Below are positions 1 to 12,570 of a DNA stretch of 50,403 nt, piece after piece; position 1 is the stretch's first letter, and the number at the start of each line of letters is the position of its first letter. The translations under genes and the position numbers were made by a program. The notes under the pieces were generated by a model. The model saw nothing but the letters and a program-made list of their open reading frames with translations, did no database searches and was not told where the DNA came from. Origin of the DNA: Ancylonema sp. Its lineage: Eukaryota. Location: positions 62,001 through 112,403 of the forward strand of contig JBFLGF010000074.1 in the NCBI GenBank assembly GCA_050230475.1, given 5' to 3'.

Positions 1-794
1 TTGGTTTTGGCAAGAAGGCGGCCAAGGAGAAGGTTGCCGACGCACTCTATAAGACTTATCACAACTCAAGTCTTTTCGCACTAGACACTTCCTTGAAGGC
101 ACATGGGGTGTAAAACCAATGTTAGTGATGTAGAATTCATTGATAACATGTGCAAGGTATGCTTGCAACATGTGTTTGTATTGCCGTTTCCATGTCATTG
201 TTCTCAATTGGTTAAAACGAATTACAACGCTTTTTTATGGCGACTTTATACATCACAGGGTGAAGGGAGGTTGACGTAGATATCGTAATAAGGAAGGCTA
301 TTGGCCACATCTATGAGTGACACATCATGAGGAGGAGGAGGAGAAGAGGATGCCCTAAATATACAAATAGTTGATAGCTCTTACAAACAAACCCATCATA
401 TGAGTGCACAAGTAGCGTGCACTGCTGTGTTTTGCACTACTATGTTTTGTACTGATGACATTTTACCATTGAAAAGGCTAGATATTGGTGCATGCCTACC
501 CTATTACAATGTAAGAGTACTCAAACGTTAGTAGGATATGGAATACAAGGTACACTTCTCAAGCTACCTCTAATTCACTCAATGTCGTGCTAGAATTACG
601 CCAATGATGAGTTTTTCGGACATTGGTTTCACACAATCTACATTCATGTCGAGCTTCAATTTATGTTTCTGATTTATTCTAGAAATGGTTGTGTAAAGAA
701 ACAGCAATATACATGAGAAAAAAGTCAACAAAACCTTCACATCCATGTCTCATACCACAGAGTAGGAATAATATAAAATAAATGTACCCGTTGT

Positions 795-3230
795 TCACTT
801 TGATTTGCTCTTTTTCTGTTTATCCTTTGGAGGATAAGGTCGATAGCCATGTCCATATATCGCAATGAGCAGCGCTTCCGCTCGCCCTAAAATTAAAGTG
901 TACGAGAGGAAAGGAAAAAGAACGAGGAAGACTTAGTGTGGCCCATCACCACCAAGCGATTGAGTCATGGAGCGGAATAACAATAAAAAAGATAGCAAAA
1001 CATCGGTGCCTATATGCCCCCACGACTTGGCTGCACGATCATCAAGCCCTGACTTATCATCACTAGAACAACGAATTCATTTAAGAGCACTCGCGGGAAT
1101 GGAGAGGAAGGTTGTATGGAAATGGGGGGGGTGGGGGAAGCAAATCAATGATAACGGATCCATTGCCTCACCGTCATCTTTTGCTCTTTTTAATTTATCT
1201 TCCAAGGACGGGAACAAGGTCGTCGCCATATTCCGACTCGCAATCTTTGCAACAAACGACCCGGAAAACCAGAAAATTAATTGCCCCTCCACTTGATCCA
1301 TACTATTTCACACGATGGTGATCGAAATGCTACTGCAAATCAATTGCAAATCTCATGACTCATCCGGTTGATGTGCGAACAACCCCAAAAACTCGAAAAC
1401 ACAAAATCGGAGTTTGGGACACCCACAGAGCTTCACCTTTCCTTCTTTGCCACCTGGTAGCTTGAGCCCCCTCTTCCATTGCTGCGGCACAACAGAGACC
1501 ACACTCAGCCCCATGGCTGTCAGAGTGCCCACCCACAATCCATGGCCGAACCCCGATGAGTACGCACCCTGCACACAAGGGCCGGGAGGGGGCCTGGGAG
1601 GCTGGGGAGGCTGGGGAGGTTGACTTGGCGCTGATCTATGATTTTATGTTTTACTCATCCGCATACTCGACTGGATTTCGGGAGGCAATTGCGAAAGAAA
1701 GGAGATTGGGACATGTGAAAGAGGTTGTTGTGTGTCGAACCATTCCCCCGTTTCCCGGGAGAGGGCCGTGCTGCTCCAGGTAGATGGGTAGACCTGAGAG
1801 TGTAAGAAAAGAGAGTTTTATTAGATGAGAGGGGTCTGAGGGAGAGAAAGAAGGAGGTGGGTGGGGGGGGGGGAGGTACATCTGTTTGGTAGGGAGGGTG
1901 TACCAGGGGGGAGGTTGAGGTCTTTGATAGAGTCAGCCATCCTGTGTGGATCGTGGCGACGACGAAGGGTGGCATTTATTCTCACCACAGTGAAGGGCAT
2001 GTCCACCACCTGGCAGAAACAAAATGCGGGGAAAAAAAGGGAAAACGGCAAAAGGACTGCTCAGACACTAGGAAAGAGCGCAGAAACTTCGCATGAGGCC
2101 GCCACCTGGCACCACACTGTGTGCTGTCCTTATATGTGGTACTCCATAGCCGCACTAGTCAGCGCCACGTCAGCACCCTCCACTAGGGGCCACTGCTTCT
2201 ACCCCTCCCTACCCCTCTTAAATAATAAAAGCTTGGAAAGCTGAGCCCCTACCCCAGCCTTCACCTCAGCGACTGTCTGGCCCTCCACAGATCGGATGAC
2301 AGCGATCGCCCCGCCCACATCCGGATCGATGCCCACGATTATTGGAGGGCTGTAAGGGGACAGCTGGTACGGAGGCCAGGAGGAAACAACAGAGACATCC
2401 ACCTCTCCCTCCCCCTCCCTCACAACCAACGCCTCTGATTCGAAAGTGTCGGATTCGTTAAGAGTAATAGATACGTCCAGAGTGTCGGATAAATTTGGGG
2501 TGTCCAATACATGACCTTCGTTCAAAGTTACCAGGGACGTGGGAGCAATGAGATGTTCAGAGCGCCCCTGGGCTGGGGGGTCATCAAGTGGTGGCTTTAT
2601 CTTTGGAGGCCTTCCTCGTCTTTTTTTCACTGCGGGTTGGTTAGATGCGTCCGTCGGAGTAGGGGGTAGCGGCAGATAACCGGTACCAATTCCTGGCGAT
2701 TCGCCTCGCACATCGTCGGTTGTGTACAATATTTCGGGACCAGCCCACATTGCGAGTGACTATCGACCTTTTGTAGCGGCAGGTTTCTGAGCTCCATTGT
2801 TGAAGGAGTAGTCACCTGACTGCGGCCCTGAGGCTTTTTTTACGGTTAAGACTTTCAACCCTCTCTCGGATGGAAAAAGAGTCCCACTTGCGTGACGCGA
2901 TGAAAGAGCTGAAAAAGAGCCGATCATAAATAACGTGTCAGGGGGGCGAGTCTGTGCGCACCTTTAGCTAGTGGAGATGTGGAGAGGGGGGTCTAGAGGC
3001 CGGGAAATACCTAATTGCTTCGAAAACTGACAAGATCCAGCGTGAAAACACAGCTCCCCTCTCCTACCAGACACTGTTCTCCGCAATTGGCGTCGACCTT
3101 GGGTAGCGTGCTGGAGGCGAATGTCGAGGGAAGTCGGAATCTTCTTCCGGAGAGCAACAATGGGGCTGATAGTGTTCGGATACGCAGGCAGCCCAGCAAC
3201 ACGTGCAATCATCTTGAAGCTGCGTAACAT
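795..3230 (-). pseudogene. MOC1: MOC1-like (RuvC-fold) organellar Holliday junction resolvase, copy A; 7 exons (3011-3230, 2265-2908, 1904-2009, 1741-1793, 1437-1568, 1172-1244, 795-886); in-frame TAG at 2760-2762
   Basis: Spliced translation gives IIVGIDPDVGGAIAVI ... IYLEQHGPLPGNGG ... GFGHGLWVG ... PQQWK ... ATTLFPSL ... AKDDGRAEALLIAIYG, matching plant MOC1 motifs. GT-AG introns keep frame and the N-terminus resembles a transit peptide. The TAG aligns to TAT in copy B; an in-frame ATG at 2750 could still give a shorter product. Confidence 0.82.
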
Positions 3231-3433
3231 AGATGAGTATGAGTGAAGCTGCTTGCATTGCTGCAGGAAACTTCAAACTGCGTCCTCGCAACGTGAGAAG
3301 CCCGTTTCTGATTTTCGTAAAATAAGCTTAGTAGCAGTAAATTTGGGATGCCTTTACTGTAGGTGCGTTAGGCATTGGCGGACAGGAGGAAACAACAGAG
3401 ACATCCACCTCTCCCTCCCCCTCCCTCACAACC

Positions 3434-4705
3434 AAGGTTGTATGGAAATGGGGGGGGTGGGGGAAGCAAATCAATGATAACGGATCCATTGCCTCACCGT
3501 CATCTTTTGCTCTTTTTAATTTATCTTCCAAGGACGGGAACAAGGTCGTCGCCATATTCCGACTCGCAATCTTTGCAACAAACGACCCGGAAAACCAGAA
3601 AATTAATTGCCCCTCCACTTGATCCATACTATTTCACACGATGGTGATCGAAATGCTACTGCAAATCAATTGCAAATCTCATGACTCATCCGGTTGATGT
3701 GCGAACAACCCCAAAAACTCGAAAACACAAAATCGGAGTTTGGGACACCCACAGAGCTTCACCTTTCCTTCTTTGCCACCTGGTAGCTTGAGCCCCCTCT
3801 TCCATTGCTGCGGCACAACAGAGACCACACTCAGCCCCATGGCTGTCAGAGTGCCCACCCACAATCCATGGCCGAACCCCGATGAGTACGCACCCTGCAC
3901 ACAAGGGCCGGGAGGGGGCCTGGGAGGCTGGGGAGGCTGGGGAGGTTGACTTGGCGCTGATCTATGATTTTATGTTTTACTCATCCGCATACTCGACTGG
4001 ATTTCGGGAGGCAATTGCGAAAGAAAGGAGATTGGGACATGTGAAAGAGGTTGTTGTGTGTCGAACCATTCCCCCGTTTCCCGGGAGAGGGCCGTGCTGC
4101 TCCAGGTAGATGGGTAGACCTGAGAGTGTAAGAAAAGAGAGTTTTATTAGATGAGAGGGGTCTGAGGGAGAGAAAGAAGGAGGTGGGTGGGGGGGGGGGA
4201 GGTACATCTGTTTGGTAGGGAGGGTGTACCAGGGGGGAGGTTGAGGTCTTTGATAGAGTCAGCCATCCTGTGTGGATCGTGGCGACGACGAAGGGTGGCA
4301 TTTATTCTCACCACAGTGAAGGGCATGTCCACCACCTGGCAGAAACAAAATGCGGGGAAAAAAAGGGAAAACGGCAAAAGGACTGCTCAGACACTAGGAA
4401 AGAGCGCAGAAACTTCGCATGAGGCCGCCACCTGGCACCACACTGTGTGCTGTCCTTATATGTGGTACTCCATAGCCGCACTAGTCAGCGCCACGTCAGC
4501 ACCCTCCACTAGGGGCCACTGCTTCTACCCCTCCCTACCCCTCTTAAATAATAAAAGCTTGGAAAGCTGAGCCCCTACCCCAGCCTTCACCTCAGCGACT
4601 GTCTGGCCCTCCACAGATCGGATGACAGCGATCGCCCCGCCCACATCCGGATCGATGCCCACGATTATTGGAGGGCTGTAAGGGGACAGCTGGTACGGAG
4701 GCCAG
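3434..4705. repeat. Apparently perfect 1272-bp direct duplication of 1108-2379 (offset 2326)
   Basis: Identical ORF translations recur at offset 2326 and the sequence matches by eye, introns included. Confidence 0.92.
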
Positions 4706-5540
4706 AGGAAACAACAGAGACATCCACCTCTCCCTCCCCCTCCCTCACAACCAACGCCCCTGATTCGAAAGTAGCGGATACGTCCAGAGTCTCCGATTCA
4801 TTTGGGGTGTCCGATACGTGACCGTCGTTCAAAGTTAGCAGGGACTTGGGAGCAATGAGATGTTCTGAGCGCCCCTGGGCTGGGGGGTCATCAAGCGGCG
4901 GCTTTATCTTTGGAGGCCTTCCTCGTCTTTTTTTCACTGCGGGTTGGTTAGGTGCGTCCATCGGAGTGGGGGCTGGTGGCGGATAACCGGAACCGATGCC
5001 TGGCGATTCGCCTTGCACATCTTCGGTTGTGTACAATAGTTCGGGACCTGCCCGCATTGTGAGTGAATATCGACCTTTTGTAGCGGCAGGTTTCTGCGCC
5101 CCATTGTCGAAGGAGCGGTCACCTGGCTGCGGCCCTGAGGCTTTTTCGGCGGTTAAGACTTTCATCCCTCTCTCGGATAGGAAAAGAGTCCCACTTGCGT
5201 GACGAGATGAAAGAGCTGAAAAAGAGCCGATCATAAATATCGTGTCAGGGGGGCGAGGCTGTGCCCACCTTTAGCAGGTGGAGGTGTGGAGCGGGGGGTC
5301 TAGAGGCCGAGAAATACCTGATTGCTTCGAAAACTGACAAGATCCAGCGTGACAGCATAGCTCCCCCCCTCTCCCACCAGACACTGCTCTCCGCAATTGG
5401 CGTCGACCTTGGGTAGCATGCAGGAGGCGAATGTCCAGGGAAGTCGGAATCTTCTTCCGGAGAGCAACACTGGGGCTGATGGTGATCGGACACGCAGGCA
5501 GCCGAGCAACACGTGCAATCATCTTGAAGCTGCGCAACAT
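3498..5540 (-). pseudogene. MOC1: MOC1-like copy B: 1-bp frameshift at ~4705, lacks the last exon (GRAEALLIAIYG)
   Basis: The 5' part (4706-5620) is a diverged homolog of 2380-3310, and 3434-4705 looks identical to 1108-2379. GCCAGAGGAA versus GCCAGGAGGAA shifts the frame just before the catalytic GIDPD motif. Confidence 0.78.
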
Positions 5541-5763
5541 AGATGAGTATGGGTAAAGCTGCTTGCATTACTGCAGGGAACTTTAAACTGCATTCTCGCG
5601 ACGTGAGAAGCCCGTTTCTCATTTTCTATCAGTAAGCGACATCATCAATGTAGATGATGTGGGATGCTGTGTAGTGTAGGTAAGCGACCCTGGCTGGAGG
5701 TGAACAATAGAGAACTAAAAGTGTAATTCTTCTCATAAGTGCGGCCTAGAGACGTTGACGTGA

Positions 5764-5835
5764 AGCCTCGACGGAGGATTGAACTCCGGACCTCTCCCTT
5801 ACGAAGGGAACGCACTACCACTGTGCTATCGGGGC
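5764..5835 (-). tRNA. tRNA-Thr (anticodon CGT), intronless, no encoded CCA
   Basis: Reverse complement GCCCCGATAGCACAGTGGTAGTGCGTTCCCTTCGTAAGGGAGAGGTCCGGAGTTCAATCCTCCGTCGAGGCT folds as a cloverleaf with A-box and B-box (GTTCAATCC). One C-A mismatch in the acceptor stem; AT-rich TATA-like tract ~35-50 nt upstream. Confidence 0.92.
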
Positions 5836-6214
5836 AGTCGAATCAGGGGGTTCCTCATGCTTCCGACAAAATATTATAATTATATAGTGTTTTTTGTTTC
5901 AATGATAATTGCATTTCACCGTGAAGTTTGCACGGCATTGCATGATGCGAAGTCTAATATGCAAATCTTGGGGTTTTGGTGCGGGTTCAGATTTAGTTAT
6001 TTTTTTGGGTGGGTGACCTGCTTGACGTACGGTGCAAATCCGCGCTGATGATTGTTGCATGATGCAGTCAGCAATGATGCTTCAGCACTGAGCAAGTGTC
6101 ACATGATACATATGATGCAATATCGCTTGATCTGCGCACACTGACACATTCTCCGCGCCGCTGCGGAGTCTTCTGTCAAAGTTGGTAGCGATAGATAGCT
6201 TCTACTGAGTCACA

Positions 6215-8330
6215 ATGAGTGGTCGAGCGGTAGCGCCTGCAGGGGGAGCTGTAGCTCCCGTAGGTCAGCAGCCACCACGGCAGGGAGGAAATAATATATT
6301 CTTCACAGCGATCCGAATGTTCGCCATGTGGTACATGGTCACCAGTTTTTTGAAACCGAAGAAAGCGCCCGTGGATCCTGCGCTGCTAAGTCGAAATTTG
6401 TTCCAGCGAGGAGAAGCTTTGGTAACCACCTTCACCTCCTCATGTGGCTTCCTCAAGGATCTTGAAAATTTATGCCCTCAACATTCGTTATCTCTCCCTC
6501 ACAAACATCCGTGTATTGTCCCTGAGAACTGGAATACTGCAAAACGAAGTAGATGTAGTCGGTAGGAGAGTCCGCTCTGATCTGTCACATCACCTCCAGC
6601 CACCGGAGATCGATCGTGATACCATCGCAGCTGCCTACTCCTTGTCAGCCTCAAGGCTGAGGTCGCCTAGAGCCCTGAACCCTGTGCCCTCTACCTCGAA
6701 CCCTAACCTCCGAGCGCATACGTTTCCGTTTTCCGTACAGGACATGTGGGTGTACATGACAGAAGACGCCCACTTTTCGGGTTGGAAGAGTGAGGAGGGG
6801 CTGGTATGGACAGAAACCAATATTCCTTACGCTGCCAAAGGCCCTGAGGGACAGCGAGCTCTCGAGATCATGTACCATCCGTCCCAGGTGCGCCTCCACA
6901 GCCTACTCCCAAAATGTCGGTGGCAGCGAAGTCACCAGGATTCGGTTCGGGCTATGGAGGGGTTGAGAGGTTTCTCAGAGAGAGTGTCGAGGGCGTTTTA
7001 TGAGGGACGGCGAGCCTTGATGGCTAGGGTTTTGTGAGCTACAGAGGTTTCCTGATCAGACTGCAGCAGGGATGGCAGATGTGCATACTGGACTGGTGCT
7101 GCATTCCTCACAGGCTGATGTCAGCAGGACCTTGCTTATGTAGAAGTTGAAACTCCATCCCACCTCTCCCCTCCTGGGGCCACATCCGCAGATAAAAAGT
7201 ATCATGCCCACATGATGCCAGAGTGAATGTTCTACAGACCTTAACGGTGGTGTTAGCTCCTCACCAAGTTTGGGCTCAAAAGGCTGACCCTGTCAGTGCT
7301 ACCGCTAGCTAGTGTGTCATCTCTCCTCCATGGCGACCATCAAGGAGGGGAGAGTGAGGCCATAGCAGTCCCTTCCCCATGCCCTCTCTTCTGTGTTGAT
7401 TCAGGCCGCACAAAACAACGCCACCGTGTACGCACACGTCACATTTGTGCGATCCGGTTACTCACCCGACCCGGAGGACCCGACTTATGATCGCGGTGCC
7501 ACCTTCGGAATAACACAAGGTCAGAACCCACTCGGTATAACAGTATCGCTTCGATACAGCAACGTCACGCAGCTGTCTTTTTTTTTCCATCGCTCACAAG
7601 GACTCATGAGCCCCTCCTCCAGTTCTTCTGGTTCCATGAGAGTGAGAAAGTATGATTATCCTTAATGCACATACCCCCACTCCCAACTACAGCTGTTGTT
7701 GAGCATGCCATGCACACGTACGCACCTTCTCCCCCCCCTGTTTTCAGAGATGACCAAGTACCAGCCGCCCCCCTAGATAGACCGACGCAAGAACCTGTTG
7801 GGCGGCAGTCTGACGGAAGAGGGAGCCATCGCCAATGTGAGGCTCATGCTCTCACCCCTCTCTCCTCGGTCGGATCAGAAGGAAGAAATCACTCTCCCCT
7901 TCTCACCCCTGTGTACCCATTCTTACTCCCTTCTACCCATTCTTACCTCTTTTGACCCCTCCCTGCCCCAGGCTGCTGCGGAGGCGGCTGCCAAGGCGAA
8001 GGGGGTGGAGGAGGAGGAGGAGGACACAGGACCAGTGGCCTGGATTTCGTACTGGAAACCGAATCTCACCCTCCACTTTGTGGACGACTTCAACAAGTGA
8101 GGGTCCAGGGGGGAGGTGTCGGTATGTGTAATCAGGTCCTGTATAACGAAATGAGTCTGACTCCTGTGAAGAGATATCAGGGGTGGGGGGTTATGTGTGA
8201 GAAGGGGGGGGGGAGACAGTGAGGAATTCGCAGCAAATGGTACTCTGGGATGACCCGACCACCTTCTCTCTCTTTTGTGTGTGAGTGTGCAGCTACCAGC
8301 GCGGCGCAATTCCAGAACCGCTGGCGCCAT
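6215..8330 (+). pseudogene. CLPTM1: CLPTM1-family membrane protein, 5' part, copy 1 (exons ~6215-6421, 6741-6887, 7405-7519, 7748-7836, 7972-8096, 8292-8330); in-frame TAG at 7774-7776; breaks off before the N at 8517
   Basis: Motifs SRNLFQRGEALDMWVYMTE, LVWTETNIPY, QNNATVYAHVTF, RRKNLLGG and WISYWKPNLTLHFVDDF are typical of CLPTM1. The TAG aligns to AAG in copy 2. Confidence 0.8.
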
Positions 8331-8516
8331 GTGAGCCCTCTCCTTCCACCCACCTTCCACTCCTTGGGAAGTATTGGGTGTCAGGAAAACCCTGGGGGAA
8401 AAAGGGCATTTCTGGTGTGTTCTCGCATGGGTTTAGGCATAGAAACTGTTGACGCGGTGACTCAGGGGCTCGCATGGAGTAGTGTGGCGGCAGAAGGGCT
8501 GGGGCTGGGGCTGGGG

Positions 8517-8517
8517 N
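8517..8517. other. Single-N assembly join (others at 25830 and 48963)
   Basis: An 'n' in the sequence; the first two joins lie at or next to the boundary between tandem gene copies. Confidence 0.9.
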
Positions 8518-8535
8518 AGCTACTACTTAGTCACA

Positions 8536-9931
8536 ATGAGTGGTCTAGCGGTAGCGCCTGCGGGGGGAGCTGTAGCTCCCGTAGGTCAGCAGCCACAACG
8601 GCAGGGAGGAAATAATATATTCTTCACAGCGATCCGAATGTTCTTCATGTGGTACATGGTCACCAGTTTTTTGAAGCCGAAGAAAGCGCCCGTGGATCCT
8701 GCGCTGCTAAGTCGAAATTTGTACCAGCGAGGAGAAGCTTTGGTAACCACCTTGACCTCCTCATGTGGCTTCCTGAAGGATCTTGAAAATTTGTGCCCTC
8801 GGCATTCTTTATCCCTCACAAATATCCGTGTCCTGTCCCTGAGAACTGGAATACTGTAAAAGCAAGTAGATGTGGTCGGTAGGAGAGTCCGCTCTCATCT
8901 GCCACATCACCTCTAGCCACCGGAGATCGACACGGAGATCGATCGCGATACCATCGCTGCTGCCTACTCCTTGTCAGCCTTAAGGCTGTAAGGTCGCCTA
9001 GAGCCCTGAACCCTGTGCCCTTTACCATAAACCCTAACTTCCGAGCGCATTCGTTTCCGTTTTCCGTACAGGACATGTGGGTGTACATGACAGAAGACGC
9101 CCACTTTTCGGGTTGGAAGAGTGAGGAGGGGTTGGTATGGACAGAAACCAATATTCCTTATGCTGCCAAAGGCCCTGAAGGACAGCGAGCTCTCGAGATC
9201 ACGTACCATCCGTCCAAGGTGCGACTCCACAGCCTACTCCCAAAATGTCGGTGGCAGCGAAGTCAGAAGGATTCGATTCGGGCTACAGAGGGGTTCAGAG
9301 GTTTCTCAGCGAAAGGGCGTTCTATGAGAGACGGCAAGCCTTGATGTCTAGGGTTTTGTGAGCTACAGAGGTTTTCTGATCAGAGTGCACCAGGGATGGC
9401 AGAAGTGTATTTTGGACTGATGCTGCATTCCTCACAGGCTGATGTCAGCAGAACCTTGCTCATGTAGAACGTGAAACTCCATCCCACCTATCCCCTCCTG
9501 GGGCCTCATCCACAGTCAAAGAGTTATATGCCCACATGATGCCAGAGTGAATGTTCTACAGACCCTAAAGGTGGTGTTAGCTCTTCACCAGGCTCAAAAG
9601 GCTGATCCTGTCAGCGCTACCGCTAGCTAGAGTGTCATCTCTCCCCCATGGCGACCATGAAGGGGGGGGAGAGTGAGGCCATAGTGTTCCCCTCACCATG
9701 CCTTGCACCTACTCCAGTTCTTCTCTTTTGGTTCTCCCCCAAAAAAAAAATGAGAGAGAAAGTATGGTCATCCCTAAAGCACATATCCCCACTCCGAACT
9801 ACAGCTGTTGTTGAACATGCCATGCACACCCCTTGTTTTCAGAGATGACCAAGTACCAGCCGCCCCCCAAGATCGACCGACGCAAGAATCTCTTGGGCGG
9901 CAGTCTCACAGAAGAGGGAGCCATCGCCAAC
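8536..9931 (+). pseudogene. CLPTM1: CLPTM1 5' part, copy 2 (exons ~8536-8742, 9072-9218, 9843-9931); exon 3 deleted; homology ends at ~10038
   Basis: Highly similar to 6215-7930, but the AAQNNATVYAH exon is missing near 9700 and no further exons were found. Confidence 0.78.
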
Positions 9932-9944
9932 GTGAGGCTCACAC

Positions 9945-10038
9945 TCCCACCTTCTCACCCCTTCTCACCCCTTCTCACCCCTTTGTACCCATTCTTACCC
10001 CCTTTTACCCATTCTTACCCCCTCTTACCCATTCTTAC
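9945..10038. repeat. Degenerate 10-bp tandem repeat (CTTCTCACCC/ATTCTTACCC), ~9 units, intronic
   Basis: Direct inspection; a shorter version is at ~7890-7960 in copy 1. Confidence 0.75.
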
Positions 10039-12192
10039 GTGGCAGCGGTACAAGGAACGAGTACTCCGCTCACTCTCGATGCAGGACAGGCGGGGGAGGG
10101 AGAGAGGGCGTCAGAGTCGGCCAAAGTGGGGGTGTCAGAAGAAGGGGTTTCGAAGAGGAAGGGTGGGGGGGGTAAGGGTGGGGGAGAAGGGAGTGAGAGC
10201 ACAAAAAGTGAAGGGTCTAGTGAGGGTAAGAAGACATCATAAAAGTAGGGACCATAGGTGGAGGTCAGGGTAGGGGGGGGGGGGGGGCAATGTTTGGGGG
10301 ATGGGATTTGGAAATGATTTGGCACATAAGCATGGCACACATCCCGGAATTCCTTCCATTGGACTGAATGCCCCCTTTTATTGTGTGGAGAAAACCAAGT
10401 TTTTTCAATCAATTGGTATTCAATCGAGGGTCTTTGTGCATGTGTGTCGATGTGGAGTAGTTGGGGAGCGTTTCTTGGGTTGGAACGTGCGAAGTTGAAT
10501 CATGATCCGCCCGTCGATTCACATCAAACACCGAGCAAGGGCGTGGAACATGAGTCTATGGCTTGTTAGTGTGAGGAAGTCGAGGAGATGTGCAACAAGT
10601 GGCTTTGACACGAGTCCACATTCAAGCCAATGGTGCACTCGTCATCACAAGGAGGAGAGAGAGTGGGGAGAGGTGTGGATTGAAGGGCTGGATTCGATTG
10701 TGATCCAAAATGATCGAGAATTTTACTCACACGTAAAATCGTAGCTTATTTGGATGATGTGAACGCACGTGACGAAAGACACGAGATGGGAGGTAGAAGA
10801 ATTGTAATATGTAACCGCAATGTCACAATGATTAGCAGGATTCAAACCCGGTTTGGGTTAGGGCGGACCTGCACCACGGTTCTGATTGTAAAGAACACCC
10901 CAATGATTTAATGAAAGAGTCTCTCCAGAATCCAGAATCCAGAATCTGAACAGGGGCCAAAAAAATGGTTGAATGAAAATTACCCTGAATACACCCGGTT
11001 AGTCCAGATCTCAGCTGGTTTACATCCACACACAGTCACATATTTCTTTGTTTGTGGGTCTTGTGGGTCTTGTGGGTGGTGGTGCGTGGGGTGCGTGGTA
11101 TTTGTTTAGATGCCACGCTTCAGTGTTTGGGTGAAGTCATATGGTAATGCATAACAATGTTGTGACAACATGGACGGGGCCGATTTGTAAATGATTTGCG
11201 TAAAATAGGTAGGTCTTAGGTACTCAACTTTAGAAGAGAGACAACCACGATGTTGTGTTGAAGAATTTAAGGTTGACTTCTACTGCGTGATAAGACCAAT
11301 GAAAGGATGGAAGTGGGAGCTTTTATGTTTTTTCATGCACTAGAACTTGCATTATCCCCAATTTTGCGAGTGAGGATCTTACCAAAGTTTGTGAGGTGTA
11401 AAACTAGCGACAACATATCACAATCACCCTTCCGCGTGCGCACGCCCGTACGATTCATGTGCATACATCTCGTCTTCGGGCGGTCTTATATTCCTTATCT
11501 ACTCTCCTTGCTTGCGCGACCATGCTTTCCGAAAAGATCATGACGTTTTTGGGATCTTGTTATCATTAGAGTACTGTGCGGTTGTTGGTCGGTTGATCGA
11601 ATGTGTTGTAATAAATTTCTAATCCAATGTGACTTTCTTTGTAATGTAACCGTATTGGCAAGATTTCGTCATAGTTGCATAGAGAGGACCCGAAGTCCGT
11701 CCGGGACCTGCTCCTGGAGCTGGGTCCGACGGGGGATTAGGGTTTTCAAAAAGCGGAATAACTCAATAACTCAAGATTTAGAACGAAAAATAATAATCCA
11801 AGCAAACCAAAAAAAATCCCTTGCTTTGACCCATATACTATAATGTTGGCTTCTTGTGATCCGTATTTATATGGTCTCTCTTCATTTATAGTGCAAATGG
11901 GGCATATGTTCATACCTCATGGCACTTTCACTCCACTCCCAAGCTTTCATATGAACATTACTTGACAACGTACAAACAACCGTGACAATCAAGACCACCG
12001 CGCCACATGCTACCTCATACTTATCATAATATAGATACAACGATATCTATAGTGATATGGACCTCGGCATGAATTCAATAAAGACACTATATATCACGCA
12101 TCATGACAACACGCATAACAACCAATTACATCGTGAGGAGATCACATCTCATCAAACAACACCATATTACAACTCATGTCCTACATGCGCAC

Positions 12193-12450
12193 TCACTCGA
12201 CCTCCTCCCTTTCTTCTTGAGTCATCTCTAATCCTTTGTCCCATTCAGCAAACGACTCAGATGCTCTAGATGTCTTTCCCAACCTCATGTTGGGGAAAAC
12301 ATACACTACACCGTTTGTCCTCTCGGGTGTTAAACGGTTGCTCTTCTTTGAATGGGCAAAGTCGAACGCGCTCCAACTTCGCTCACACGCTCCAATCCCA
12401 TATACCTTGGCCAACACCCTCACTGCCACTCTTTGAAGCTCAAGAAACTC
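12193..12450 (-). mobile_element. hAT-superfamily transposase remnant (C-terminal dimerisation domain)
   Basis: VAVRVLAKVYGIGACERSWSAFDFAHSKKSNRLTPERTNGVVYVFPNMRL matches the CERxWS...HSKKRNRL...VYV..NMRL hAT motif; no intact upstream ORF. Confidence 0.8.
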
Positions 12451-12570
12451 ACCTCCGTGGGATTCATGAATGTAGATAGAAGGGAGAGGGGAGAGTTAAG
12501 AAGTGGAGAGACTTAAGACCATAGGAATGGGGGCGAGAGAATTTTCGCAGGTGAGTCTGGTGTCATTCGG

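Noticed and set aside
1..780. Possible decayed transposase (KKAAKEKVADALYK at the window start)
   Set aside because: Too short and stop-ridden to assign without a search.
990..1100. Possible intronic box C/D snoRNA (two TGATGA boxes on the minus strand)
   Set aside because: No suitably placed CTGA D box or terminal stem was found.
2964..5273. In-frame TAA in both MOC1 copies and TAG codons in MOC1 and CLPTM1, suggesting a TAR-to-Gln genetic code
   Set aside because: The TAA falls inside a plausible phase-1 intron, the TAGs align to Tyr and Lys codons rather than Gln, and I saw no internal TAR in the conserved ADC, FolD and NSUN5 exons.
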